A DNA stretch of 64,000 bases from assembly GCA_000697335.1 (NCBI GenBank), contig JNEM01011122.1:1-64000 (forward strand). Direction: 5' to 3'. A program made the translations under genes and the position numbers. How positions within the stretch are numbered: position 1 is the stretch's first letter; each line of letters begins with the position of its first letter. Of the stretch, positions 24,473-37,030 are shown piece by piece. The stretch comes from Conidiobolus incongruus B7586 (lineage: Eukaryota). The notes under the pieces are model-generated. The model ran no database searches, had not been told where the DNA came from, and saw nothing but the letters and a program-made list of their open reading frames with translations.

Positions 24473-25389
24473 TACTGATAAAAATAGAAATAAAGTAATT
24501 ATTATGAGCTTTTTCCACCTCAAGTATCTTTATATACTTCTGCAAGATAACAGTTAAATTTGATATTGTTACACCAACCATTAATTGAATACAAATTAAT
24601 TGAATTATAATGCAAAATTATTCACCCATTCTGAAATTTGATTTCACTAACATTTGCCAAATGATATATATTTTGATTAGAATTACACATGATTATTTTC
24701 GTTTTTAAGTTATAAGCTTACAATATAGTATTTATTATATGTTTACCAGTAATATTTTTGATATGTCTTATATTAGTGGGATAACTTGCATATATATACA
24801 AGTAATTATAATTAACTGCTATTTATTTAATATTTAATCTTATTTAAATTTTAATATTGAAATCAATGATTTCCAAAATTTATAAAATTATAATTAGTAA
24901 TTTTAGGTTACATTATCAAATATTTTTTAATATAATTCATTTTATAATAATTGTCATTTTAATTCAATTTTATATGTTGATTTTATAATATGATATTAAT
25001 TTTAATTAATTTAAACCAATAATGAATTATTGAATATGATACATAAAAAGATTATTAGTTAAAATATAATCAAAATTTCAAAATATGATTTTTAGAAATA
25101 ATTATTTTGATTCTTATAAAATATAGAATTCCAATCTCTTAATTTGCATTATTTTATGATGATGAATTTATAAAATGGAAATTTCATTAAATACATTATT
25201 TTTTCTTCAATGAATATAATTATACTTAGTCAACTCTGCTGTTTGATAGCCATTCTACACTATAGTGACTTTTTTTATAAGTATGGTAATTAAAAAAATA
25301 ATTAAGATATTAAATTTTCTATTTTTTAATTCAAATAATATATAAACTTAGAAGTTGTTATTATATTTTTTATATTAAAAACAATTTTT

Positions 25390-26890
25390 ATTATTTTATT
25401 ATATCTTAGAAAGAAATGGCAAATTTCTTAATTTTTCATTTTTTATGCATATTGATAGTTTTCAAAAAAAATTATTTACTAATAAATAAAAAATTCATAT
25501 TTTAATATTATATTTATTCATTAATAATAATAGTTATATTAAATTAATTATATTTAGAAAATTAATATTAAATTTAAATATAATGAAACCAAATAATATA
25601 TAACAAAACTTTTTGTATTAGAATTATTTAGACTTAATCACAAATCTTTTAAAATCATTTAAGATTCGAAAACAGCTTATAGGAAAAAATACCTTATATA
25701 AAACTACTATTTGTTATTAAATTTGTTATATTAAAGCCAAATCAAGTATTATTAAAAATTTACCAAAATTTAAGGATTAATTTTTATTTTTATTTTTTTA
25801 TTATTAATAATATAAAGATTAAAATAAATAACAAATTTTTTTTCACTTAAAATAAAAAAAATTTAATATTAACTATAGTAAAGCAAAACATATTAAAATA
25901 TAACCAAAAACAAAGGTTTTTACATTGAAATATTTTTTTTAACTAATGTTAAAATTTTTATATAATCCTTGATTATTCAGTCACTATTCTTTGAAATTCT
26001 TATATATAATTCTATATCTATATATTAACTATTAATTTCGTAAGTAATATATTCTTTTAACGTTAATTTAATATAATAAATAACTTTGATTTAGCTAATA
26101 AACATAGTTTCTCCTTTCTCTCAATATCTTAAAATGCTTCTTTGATTATTGTTAATTAGTGTTTTTTTTTTCAGGTTTTAAGACTATCTTTCTCAATATT
26201 ATATTATTCTATGTTATTATTAGTATTATTATTACCTAATAAATTCTCAATTATTGCTATATTAATTATTTTTTTAAATAATAAATAATCTAACTATAAT
26301 ATTAAGCTATTTATATTATTATTAATTTTAATTTACCTTGATACCATATAGGTTTTAACACATAATTCAACTAAATTTTAATTAAACAATAATCAATATA
26401 TTAGAATATTACAGTATATGGTCTTCTGTTTTTGAAAATAATTCAACTAATAGTAAGTTTAATGGTTCATTATGTAGAACAGTCTTTGATTGGTATTTTA
26501 ATTATAAAATTACGATATTTAATTTTTATAAAATAATTTTCAGATAAATAAAATTAAAGCTATAGAAGTTTTATAAAGAATAGAAAAATACTATATTTAG
26601 TATATTAATCAAATTATCACCTATATGATTATAGTTATTTTGCATAATTTAAAAATATTCTTGGAAAAAAGAAATTCCTATAAATAAATTTAATTATTTA
26701 ATGAAATGTTACAGTTTTTAATAGAAAGAACTATTTCTTATATATTAAATAACTTTCAAAAATATGGTAAAGAGTAATAAATAATAAAGAATATTCATGT
26801 GATGCTATTATTTATGATAATTTATAATATATTAAAAACTATAATTAACTCTAAGTTCAAAATTTTAATATTATTTAATTTCTAAAATAT
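25390..26890 (+). mobile_element. Decayed mariner element, copy 5 (internally deleted; interrupted by ~25975-26510)
   Basis: Left end AAGAAATGGCAAATTTCTTAATTTTT; 25580-25970 resembles copy 4; 26520-26800 resembles 510-800 of copy 1. Boundaries approximate. Confidence 0.65.
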
Positions 26891-28587
26891 TTTTAATTAT
26901 TATATCAATAATCTTTCATAATTCAATAATTTAATATAATTATATAAAAAATAAATTTATATTGATTGCAAAGGGATTATTATGAAACAAGGGGGTTGAT
27001 TTATTATAAATATGCTTTATAGCAAAAAACTATTTGATCTCAAAAGGAATAAAATGAGAGATGAAAAAATTAATAGTTTTTATTTTAAATAAAATAATAC
27101 TAGTATTTTGGCATTTAAGTTTAATAAATATATGTTTTTTGAAATATAATATTATCTTATATTGATAATAAAATATTAACTAAATTAGTTTTTAAATTAT
27201 ATAGGCATCATTTTGATATGCTTATTGTCCATTAAATATAACTGAAAATAAAAATAAATCGATAATTTTATATTGGTCCCTTAAGAGTTTATATACAAAA
27301 CTATTTATTCCATGATATTTTTCATTATTAAATAATATCCATTTTTGGGACATATAAATTCAATATTAAATTTGAGCATTTATCCAAGTATATTTTGAAT
27401 TCAAAAAAATAATGATTATAACTTAAAGTATATAATATTTAATATACTATATTATATTGTTAGAAATTTCAAATATAAACCAATTTTGATAATAAGTATT
27501 CAAAATGAAAAATTTCAAATACATTTAATTAATTATATACATAATTCATATTCAATTATACTAAGTAAATACATAGTTGAAATCAAATCATTCCAATATT
27601 ATATTCAAATAAAATTAGGCATTACGTTATTTTCAGATAATAGATATAAGCTCGCATTACATAAGTTCATGTTACATAAACTATTATTCTATATATATTT
27701 GAGAATATATTATAGACAAATGTCATAAATTCAAAAACTTAAATAATAAATTTTATTGGACTTGATTATTTATAGATTATAAAAATTAGAAAAGGTGAAT
27801 TCATTTAACAAAATAAAATTATATCTTTTCATTTCACATTGTATTAAAATGGTATTTTTCAAACAAATTAATATCAACTATATATATCATTTATTTCAAA
27901 TAAATTATGAATCGATTTCGTTATCAATGTCAATATTTCAAATTAATAATAGATATAATCGGCCAAAAACTTTCACATCAATAAATTTGATATTAATAAA
28001 TTATTTATATTACATTTACTTATTTAGAACTATAAACCTTTTTGATCATTTGTTTAATTAGTAACTATACCCAAGCAAGAATATACATTGATACAACAGA
28101 ATTAAATAACTTTCTTGAATACATAGTATGGATATTCTGAAAGATATTAATTTTTAAATAATTCGTATATTGAATATATTAATATTTAATCATGTATTGT
28201 GATAATTTAGTTAAACAAATTATACTTCAATAATATATTATAAATTGCTAATTTGTATGAATTAAACATTATATATAACGAACATCATATTATAAGATGT
28301 TTTAGGTAAGAAAATTTATAAGTTTCAAATAAGAATATTGGAACTATGTGGAATAATTAGGATTAACAATAGTAAGATTACTTAAATTCTAGTCTAATAG
28401 CATCTCACTGATCAAAATGATGATATACTTCTGCTAAACATATGTGATTGAATGCACTCATTATTTGTAATATGTAAAATATCAAATATACATAACTAAT
28501 GAGAGTATTAGGTTGATTCTATATTAATATAATCAGGACATAATTTTATATGGCTACTTTGAATTCAATTTATCAAATTTATTAAAT

Positions 28588-29827
28588 ATATTATTATTGA
28601 ATTAAAGAAATAGGATATTTTTTAATTTCTGATTTTTCAAGCATATTATTTGTTCTAGAAAACAATAAATATACAGATTTAGTGTAGAAATAAATAATTT
28701 TAAACTATATTTATAGATAAATAATATTTTTTTCATTTAAAAATTATCTTTTAAAAATTTATTATTTAACTTAAACATAATTAAATTAAATTAAATAATA
28801 ATTATCAAAAGTCTTTTATTTTATTATTAATAAAACTTAACCATAAGCCTTGTAAAGTCAACTAAATTTACAAGCAACTTTTAAAAATAATATTTTTCTA
28901 AATCAATAATTTATTATTAGATAAGCTATTATAATACTAAAATAGAAACTATTTAAAATTTATTAAAATCTAAAAACTAATTTCTATTATTATTATTATT
29001 TAACTATTAAATTGTAAAAAAAATATTGAATGTTTTTTATCTTAGTTAAAAAATTATCTAGGCATTTTAATATTATTTGCATTATTATATTATATATATT
29101 AAAATTTAGACTTAAATGAATTAATAAATATATAAAATAACAGCTATATAATTTACATAAAATTTGTTAAAACATAAATAAAAATTAATGCTTAGATAAC
29201 AAAGAATAATAATTCATAAATTTATATTATAAATTCTTTTATATTATTATTTAATAAAATATAAATCAAAATAATAGGTTGTTAAAATAATCAATTTTAT
29301 AAATTTTGATAAAAAGATATTTTATTTAAATAAATAATAATTATTATAACTAATATAATAGTATATGCTATTTTTAATTAATTCTTGAGGAAAATTAATT
29401 AATAATAAAATTATTATTAATCAAAGTTTTTAATATATTTCAAAGACACTAATTTTTTATATGATAATTAGAAAATATATAAAGTTATAAAAGATTATCT
29501 AATTAAAAATAATTAAGGAGAGTTATAACATTAAATGTATTCACTAGACTATAATTTATATGATTTTAATTACTCTAAGTATTTAAAAAATCAGCTTATA
29601 AGAAAGAAAATATTTATAAAAAATTAATTAGTTTGTGAAATATCAAATCTTAGTCTTTAATAATAAGAACTGTTTTTTAAGTATTAGAAGTTTGCTATAA
29701 GTATAGCAAAAAATTATTGATAATAAAAGAGAGTATCGATTTTATATTATATATTTGTTTTTATAAGATTTATATTAAAATGTTTATTTTTAATCTCAAT
29801 TTTTATAATTTAAAATTCAAAGTAATA
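28588..29827 (+). mobile_element. Decayed DD34D mariner element, copy 6 (near full length)
   Basis: Left end AAGAAATAGGATATTTTTTAATTTCTGATTTTTCAAGCATATTATT; TAAAACTTAACCATAA and TTTACAAGCA shared with copy 3; TAT TCA CTA GAC TAT AAT TTA TAT GAT (YSPD..D relic) at 29538-29564; right end TAAAATTCAAAGTAATA at 29811-29827. Confidence 0.88.
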
Positions 29828-31001
29828 GAATAGTAATAATTAAATTCAAATATTAGCATTGTTTCAATTATAAGCAATAAACAATTGGAATATCACTTTC
29901 TTATTGGTAAGATCAAAGATTGTATCTGTTTGGAAGTAATACCAACTGATTTGAATATTTAAAATATAACTTTATCTATAATAAGAGAACTCAGTTGTTA
30001 AAATTTTTAAATAGTATATTGATTAGAAAAACATCAGTTAATTCTTTTTGTTAAAAATGTAATTTCAAAAAAATTCATAATTTTTAACCTAATATCCAAT
30101 ATATTGACTATACTATTGAAATTAGTTTCTAAAATGAAAACTTTTTTTATCAAATAGTCAGCCAATGAATATCAATAAGCCACAATAAGTAAATATAGAA
30201 AACTTGGTTGTCTCATTAAATAGATTCAAAATCAAACCATCTTTTGTAAAATACTATAGTTTTATTAAGCAATAGAATATTCCAGCATGTTCGAATATTC
30301 CGACCTCATTCTATAACTCTTATAATATCAGACTTGTATTTCTATCCATATTTATTTTGCTCTTTTACAGAAAACATCAGTAATGATTTTTGTGGGAATA
30401 TATATTGAAGTTAGCATGGAATAGCCTTAATAGGATAACAATAGCATGAAGGTTACTAATTTAAGTATTTCGTATTATAATCACCTAATATATTACTTTG
30501 TTTAAACCTTTATGATTTTGAGTATATGCAAATCTAAATTTACTAAAAATTTGAATAATATTTAGTAATAATCTTTTATAATTAACATGAAAATAGTAAT
30601 AGTGCAATTACCATTGATTTAAATTTAATCATCAGAACTTCACTATATAAATCATTCCATAATATTTTATTATTAAACAATATTAAACTATTCGTATTAT
30701 TTTGCAAATTTTTCAGTTTTGCGAAATTACCAATTGTATAAGTAAACAATTACTAAATTAAGAAATAATTACTATTAAATTCCCATAATAAATCATATCA
30801 AATAATTCAAATTCAATAGCATTCAAAGTTTAAATTTTCGATATAAAAACAAGTCACTTGTAACTATAAATTATAAAAATCCTGTACTTATTTGTTTAAT
30901 TATTTTATAAATTATCTATTATAAAAAATATTAAAATTTTCAAAATTTAACTATTTAGATTTACTCTAAAATATATTTGTTAAGTTTATTCCTTGTAAAT
31001 T

Positions 31002-33656
31002 ATGTCACCATTAAAACCACCGACGAATGCTGCCAACGGGGTAAATAACGAAAAGAAGGCAAGAGGAGGTGGTATAAACTCTCTAGCATCTCAACTGGCC
31101 GCTACTCTGTCAATATCTCAAAATAATAATCAGGATACTAAACAAAATTTATTCGCCCCTAATCATGATGACGAATACACCATATCTCCTGAAAATACTA
31201 ACGACCAACCTGACAATAATGACTCAACCACTAGAACTTATAAAGAAATCTTTTTAAATCCAACCGAAGACGATTTAACCCATATTATTCAACCTATATT
31301 TGATAAAAGGGTTGAAAGTGGGCATGGTGAAACTGTTTTCGAGCTTGGAAGTGGTGGTAAATTTGATAATATAAACTACTCTTAAAATTTATTTTGATAT
31401 TTTAAAATAGACGATTCTACTCCTACCAATTTAACTTTAGAAGAATTTGGAACTTGTTTTAAAACAATTGAACAAGCTTGTACTTTTATTAATTGTGACG
31501 CTACTTTATTAACTCCTCCCAATCCCAATAAAGAAGTTCAAGATGAACCCAACCAATCTTCAGGAGTTTCTGGGCACATTTTAATTAGGAGGAAGCCCGA
31601 CAAACCTGAAGATTTTTTGGAAATTAGAGTGGCTGTAGTTGGGAATGTGGTAAGCTATTTTATTAGTTGAATTATTATATATTGCTTGTTAATTGATTTG
31701 ATGTAATTTATGGAATTATAGGACGCTGGAAAGGTAATTTATATTGATTAATCAATTTAATTAAATAAATATTTAACTTTTTTATAGTCCACATTACTTG
31801 GAGTCTTAACCAAGGGTGTCTTGGATGATGGCAGGGGAAGATCTCGTTTAAATTTGTTTAAACACAAGCACGAAATTGAATCTGGAAGAACCAGTTCAGT
31901 AGGGTTGGAAATCTTAGGATTCAACTCCAAAGGAGCCCCTATTCTTCCTACCGATCAACGCAAGTTGAATTGGGAGGATATATGTCAATCTGCTTCTAAA
32001 GTATTATCATTCATTGATTTAGCAGGACATGAGAGGTATTTGAAGGTATTATTTCTTTTTGTATTTTTTGATATTATGTTAATTGAGTTGTCAGACCACT
32101 ATGTTTGGAATAACAGGATGTGCTCCTAATTTCGCTATGTTAATGGTAACTACTTAATTATAAATTAAAAAAAAATATAATCTAATTTTGGTTCAGATCG
32201 GATCAAATGCTGGTATAATTGGAATGACTAAAGAGCACTTGGGTATTATAAATCATACTAATGTTTTATATTATTGAAATTAATAATGATTTAAATAGGC
32301 TTGGCACTAGCATTATCAGTTCCTGTCTTGGTAGTAGTCACTAAAATTGATATGTGCCCTCCAAATATTCTTGAGGCTACCTTGACTCATTTAACTAAAA
32401 TCTTAAAATCTTCTGGATGTCGGAAAATTCCTATTTTTGTAAAGAGTATGGAAGAAGTAGTTGTTACAGCAGTAAGTGCTTTTATATAAGTATATATTTA
32501 TAATATATAGACTAAATATCAATCGAAAATAGGGAAATTTTGTGAGCGATAGGTTATTTTTTAATTAGAGCATTGATATTGAAGATATTAATTTTTATGT
32601 AGGGTATGCCCAATTTTCCAGATTAGTAATGTAACAGGAGAGGTATGGTTTAACAAAATTATCAAATGTTACCCTTTTTAACATTTAACTAGGGTTTGGA
32701 TCTCTTGAAGCAATTTTTGAATCTCTTACCATTCACTGGAAATTATGATACCAATTTACCTGTACAATTCCAGATTACTGATACTTTTTCAGTCCCATTC
32801 GTTGGAACTGTTGTATCAGGGGTCATGTCTTCTGGTACAGTTCATGTTGGTGATCAACTAATGATAGGAGTATATATTCATTTCAATTTTTAGATTGTAT
32901 CATAAATTAATCGATTCTAATTTAGCCTGATTCCTTGGGTCACTTCAATTTAACTACAGTAAAAAGCATCCATCGTAAAAGGATCAATGTTCCGGTTGCA
33001 AGAGCTGGACAGTCTACTTCATTTGCGTTAAAAAAGATTAAACGCAAAGATATTAGAAAGGGTCAGAAACTTAAATATGACTGATTTATATCTCATTTAC
33101 TAACGATTTATTTAGGAATGGTAATGTTAAGGTAAAATCGTGACCGTATTATTAAATATTATTAAAATTAAAACATTCAACTATTAACAATAGCAAGGAT
33201 CTTGATCCTCCTCCTCAAGGTATTTTACGCACTAGCATGATGTTTTGAATTCACGCTAATCTTACAATAGCTTGTTATACCTTTGAGGCCGAAGTTCTAG
33301 TCCTTCATCACTCCACCACTATTGGAAGGAAGTATCAGGTAATATTTAATTTAAAAATAACTAATGCTCCCTTTTAAACTATGTGATTAGGCAATGGTAC
33401 ACTGTGGACCAATTCGTCAAACTGCTCGAATTTTAAATATGGATAGAGAAGTATTAAGGACAGGTGATCGAGCAGTTGTAATTTTTCAATTTTTAGTTCG
33501 TCCAGAGTATATTATCCCAGGAACGAAGCTGATTTTTAGAGAGGGTAAAACTAAAGGAATCGGAAAGAGTAAGTTTGAATTTTTGTATTTGCTAAACATG
33601 TTCATGGTTAACATATAATTTTAGTAATTCGCTCCCTTCCCTTAAAGCCTACTTAA
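31002..33656 (+). CDS. GTPBP1: GTP-binding protein 1 (translational GTPase), 16 exons, 608 aa
   Basis: Exons 31002-31356, 31411-31649, 31722-31733, 31788-32045, 32095-32145, 32197-32242, 32299-32471, 32533-32552, 32603-32642, 32693-32869, 32926-33061, 33116-33131, 33194-33219, 33271-33338, 33391-33568, 33625-33656. All GT-AG; total 1827 nt, open. Motifs [55 protein letters not shown] and [10 protein letters not shown] are closer to GTPBP1 than GTPBP2. Confidence 0.9.
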
Positions 33657-34253
33657 TTATATCTTTTTCATCGTTCGGCTTTAATAAATTTGAATCGAGC
33701 TAAATTAACAAGCATTTTTAACTGAAATTTATCTTTTGTCTATTGCCAATTTGTCTACAAAATTTTTTCATTTTATTTAAACCAAATGAAAACCTTAAGT
33801 CCAATACCTAGTAAACTATATTATTATATCTATTCATTCAAAGTTTCTATTAGTTTCAGCAAAGTTCCAATTATCATTAGATTAATGGTTTATTTGGAAG
33901 AATAGTTTTAGATCAATGAATTAATTCGAAATTAGTATGCATCCAAATCTCGAAGACCTGAGCAAAAGGGTCCAATATCTATTCATTTTAATTTTTCAGA
34001 AATGATGAACAGAAAGAATATATTATAACACATTTATTTTCTTATAGTAGGCCAAAGGATAAATCAGTAAATATGATCATAATTATTCTTATGATAAAAA
34101 AATAGGATTTGGCGTTACTATTATATTAGATCAAATAAAAATTGAAACAAGAGAATGTATTTTACAAAATGTATTTAAGATTTATTATTAAGCTATGTAT
34201 AAAATTTGGAGAGAAATATGTGTAAATTATGTATGGAAAATAAAAGCAATTAA

Positions 34254-36737
34254 TTAACCACTGCACATAAGACAGGCATCCTTGTTATCAATAGAGCACT
34301 GAAGACGAGCGGCAGCTTCAGCATCAGCTTGTGAATGATCAGCTTGTTCATCGGCTTTTAGTGCAAGTTTGTCAACAGTAAATTGAATAGCGTCAACAGC
34401 GGGCCTAGTTCTTAAATAGTACATACCAGTCTTAAGACCTCTCTTCCAGCCGTAGAAGTGCATAGATGTTAAGTTGGCATAGTTAGGTTCAGCAATGTGG
34501 ATATTAAGGGATTGAGATTGATCAATAAAAGCACCACGGTCAGCAGCCATATCAATAATGGTTTTTTGTGTAATTTCCCAAGTGGTTTTGTAAAGCTGTT
34601 TGATGTCATCAGGGATTCCGGGAATATTTTGAATACTACCAGCAGCAGCAATTAACCTGTTCTTCATATTGTCATTCCAAAGTCCAAGATCAATAAGATC
34701 CTTCAATAACCAAGGATTAACGATTTGGAATTCACCAGCAAGGACTCTGCGGGTATAAATGTTAGTGGTGTAAGGTTCAAAGCATTCATTAAATCCAAGA
34801 ATTTGACTTGTGGATGCAGTAGGCATAGGAGCAACGAGAAGGGAGTTTCTAATACCATGCTTAGCGATCTTCTCTCTGAGGGGAGTCCAGTCCCATAAAT
34901 CGGTAGGAGTAACGTTCCACATATCAAATTGAAGCTTGCCTTGAGAGATAGGAGAACCAGGATAAGTTTCGTAGGGACCTTCGGCAATAGCTAATTCAAC
35001 AGAAGCTTCTAAAGCGGCGTGGTAAATGGTTTCGAAAATTTGCTTGTTGAGGAGACGAGCTTCATCAGATTCGAAGGGGAAACGCATCTTAATGAAGGTA
35101 TCAGCCAAACCTTGAACACCTAAACCAATTGGACGATGACGCATGTTGGAAGTACGAGCCTCGGGAACTGGGTAATAGTTGATATCGATGATCTTGTTAA
35201 GATTCTTAGCCACAGTCTTAGTAACTTCATGGAGTTTGGCGAAATCAAAGGTTTTATCATTCACATAAGTTGGCAATGCTAAACTGGCCAAATTACAGAC
35301 GGCAACTTCTTCAGGACTGCTGTACTCAACAATTTCGGTGCATAAATTACTACACTTGATGGTACCCAAGTTTTGTTGGTTAGATTTACTATTACAGGCA
35401 TCTTTGTATAACATGTAAGGCACACCAGTTTCAATTTGACAGTCCAAAATGGCATACCATAACTTCTGTGCTTTAACGGTGCGCTTAGCTAAACCTTGTC
35501 TTTCGTACTTGATGTAAAGTTCTTCAAATTCTTCACCCCAAACATCTTCAAGTCCAGGAGCTTCATTAGGGCACATCAAACTCCAGTCTTCGTTGGCCAT
35601 AACTCTCTTCATGAACAAATCAGGGATCCATAAACCGTAGAACAAATCACGAGCACGGTTTTCTTCAACGCCAGTATTTTTCTTCAGTTCGATGAATTCA
35701 AAAATATCAGCGTGCCAGGGTTCGAGGTACATGGCAAAAGCACCAGGTCTCTTGTTACCACCTTGATCGACATAACGAGCAGTATTGTTAAATACACGTA
35801 GCATAGGAACTAAACCGTTAGAGTTGCCATTGGTTCCGGCAATATAAGATCCAGCGGCACGAATTTTGTGAACATTCAAGCCAATACCACCAGCAGTTTT
35901 GGAGATCAAAGCACAGGTCTTGAGAGTTTCATAGATACCTTCAATAGAGTCATCCTTCATAGTCAATAAGAAACAACTGGATAATTGAGGACGAGGAGTT
36001 CCGGAGTTGAAAAGAGTAGGGGAAGCATGTGTGAAATATTTACAAGACATCAAGTTATAAGTTTCAATTGCAGAATCAATATCTTCTCCATGGATACCAA
36101 TAGCGACTCTCATTAGCATATGTTGGGGACGTTCGGCGATTTTGTTGTCAAGCTTGAGTAAGTAGGATCTTTCAAGAGTTTTGAAACCAAAGTAGTTATA
36201 GTCATAATCTCTATCGTAGATAATAGCTGAGTTAAGCCTATCAGCATTATCTTGGACAATCTTATGAGTCTTCTCATCAACAAGAGGAGAGGGTTTACCA
36301 TTTCGGGGATTCACATAGGTCCTCAAGTTATGAATAACAGTAGAGAATTGCTTTTCAGTTTCTTTATGTAAGTTAGAAACGGCAATACGAGCGGCGAGCT
36401 TGGCGTAATCAGGATGCTTGGTGGTCATGTAAGCAGCAGTTTCGGCAGCAAGATTATCAAGTTCGACTGTGGTAACACCTTGGTAGACACCTGAAACAAC
36501 CTATAAAAATATTAAATAAGAATACAAATACAAAGCTAAAAGTATTTTATAACCTTTTGGGCAATAGCAGCAGGGTCGACATGGTTCATATCGAGTTCAT
36601 AACAAAGTTTTGTTATTCTAGCAGTGATTTTATCAAAAGCAACTTTCTCTTTTCTACCATCTATTTTATCGAATTAAGCATTGATAACTCAATAATAGTG
36701 ATAGATTTGAATATTTACCTCTCTTATAAACATACAT
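34254..36737 (-). CDS. RNR1: Ribonucleoside-diphosphate reductase large subunit (class Ia), 3 exons, 790 aa
   Basis: Exons 36737-36719, 36660-36554, 36500-34254 (2373 nt). ATP-cone start [53 protein letters not shown]-terminal CLMC. Confidence 0.97.
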
Positions 36738-36829
36738 CTTGATAATTTAGTATCAGATATTAAAAACTTGGTTGGCAAACATGAGAAGAAGTTAATTTAT
36801 ATACTTTCATTTTTACAAATTTATGACAC

Positions 36830-37030
36830 GACATCTGATTGGTATCAGAGAATCGCTGGTTTTAATTGGTTAGAAAATATTTCATCTTTGAGAAATGACG
36901 CGAAACTATTTTGTACAAAAGTCTAACCAATCACAATAAACAGATAAAACAATTAAACAATTAATTAAAAACTTCAATATATCAGATTAGCAAAATTATT
37001 GGTTTATTTTTGGTATCCTTTTCGTGTCTT
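36830..37030 (-). promoter_or_regulatory. RNR1 promoter with G1/S boxes and CCAAT boxes
   Basis: GACGCGAAA at 36897-36905 (MCB core ACGCG overlapping SCB/E2F-like CGCGAAA); CACGAAAA on the minus strand at 37019-37026 (SCB); CCAAT/ATTGG at ~36838, ~36865 and ~36927. Confidence 0.6.

Noticed and set aside
27400..28500. Possible decayed F-box/LRR-type gene (ORFs 27486-27728, 27795-28061); similar impression at 39700-40560
   Set aside because: Only vague I/L/N/K periodicity, expected from AT-rich DNA; a frameshift-aware search against the proteome would be needed.
34469..36742. Short ORFs overlapping RNR1 and other genes (also 41507-41734, 42137-42376, 47004-47340, 49740-50270, 49874-50191, 63225-63683)
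   Set aside because: Alternate-frame or antisense shadows of codon-biased real genes; no independent evidence.
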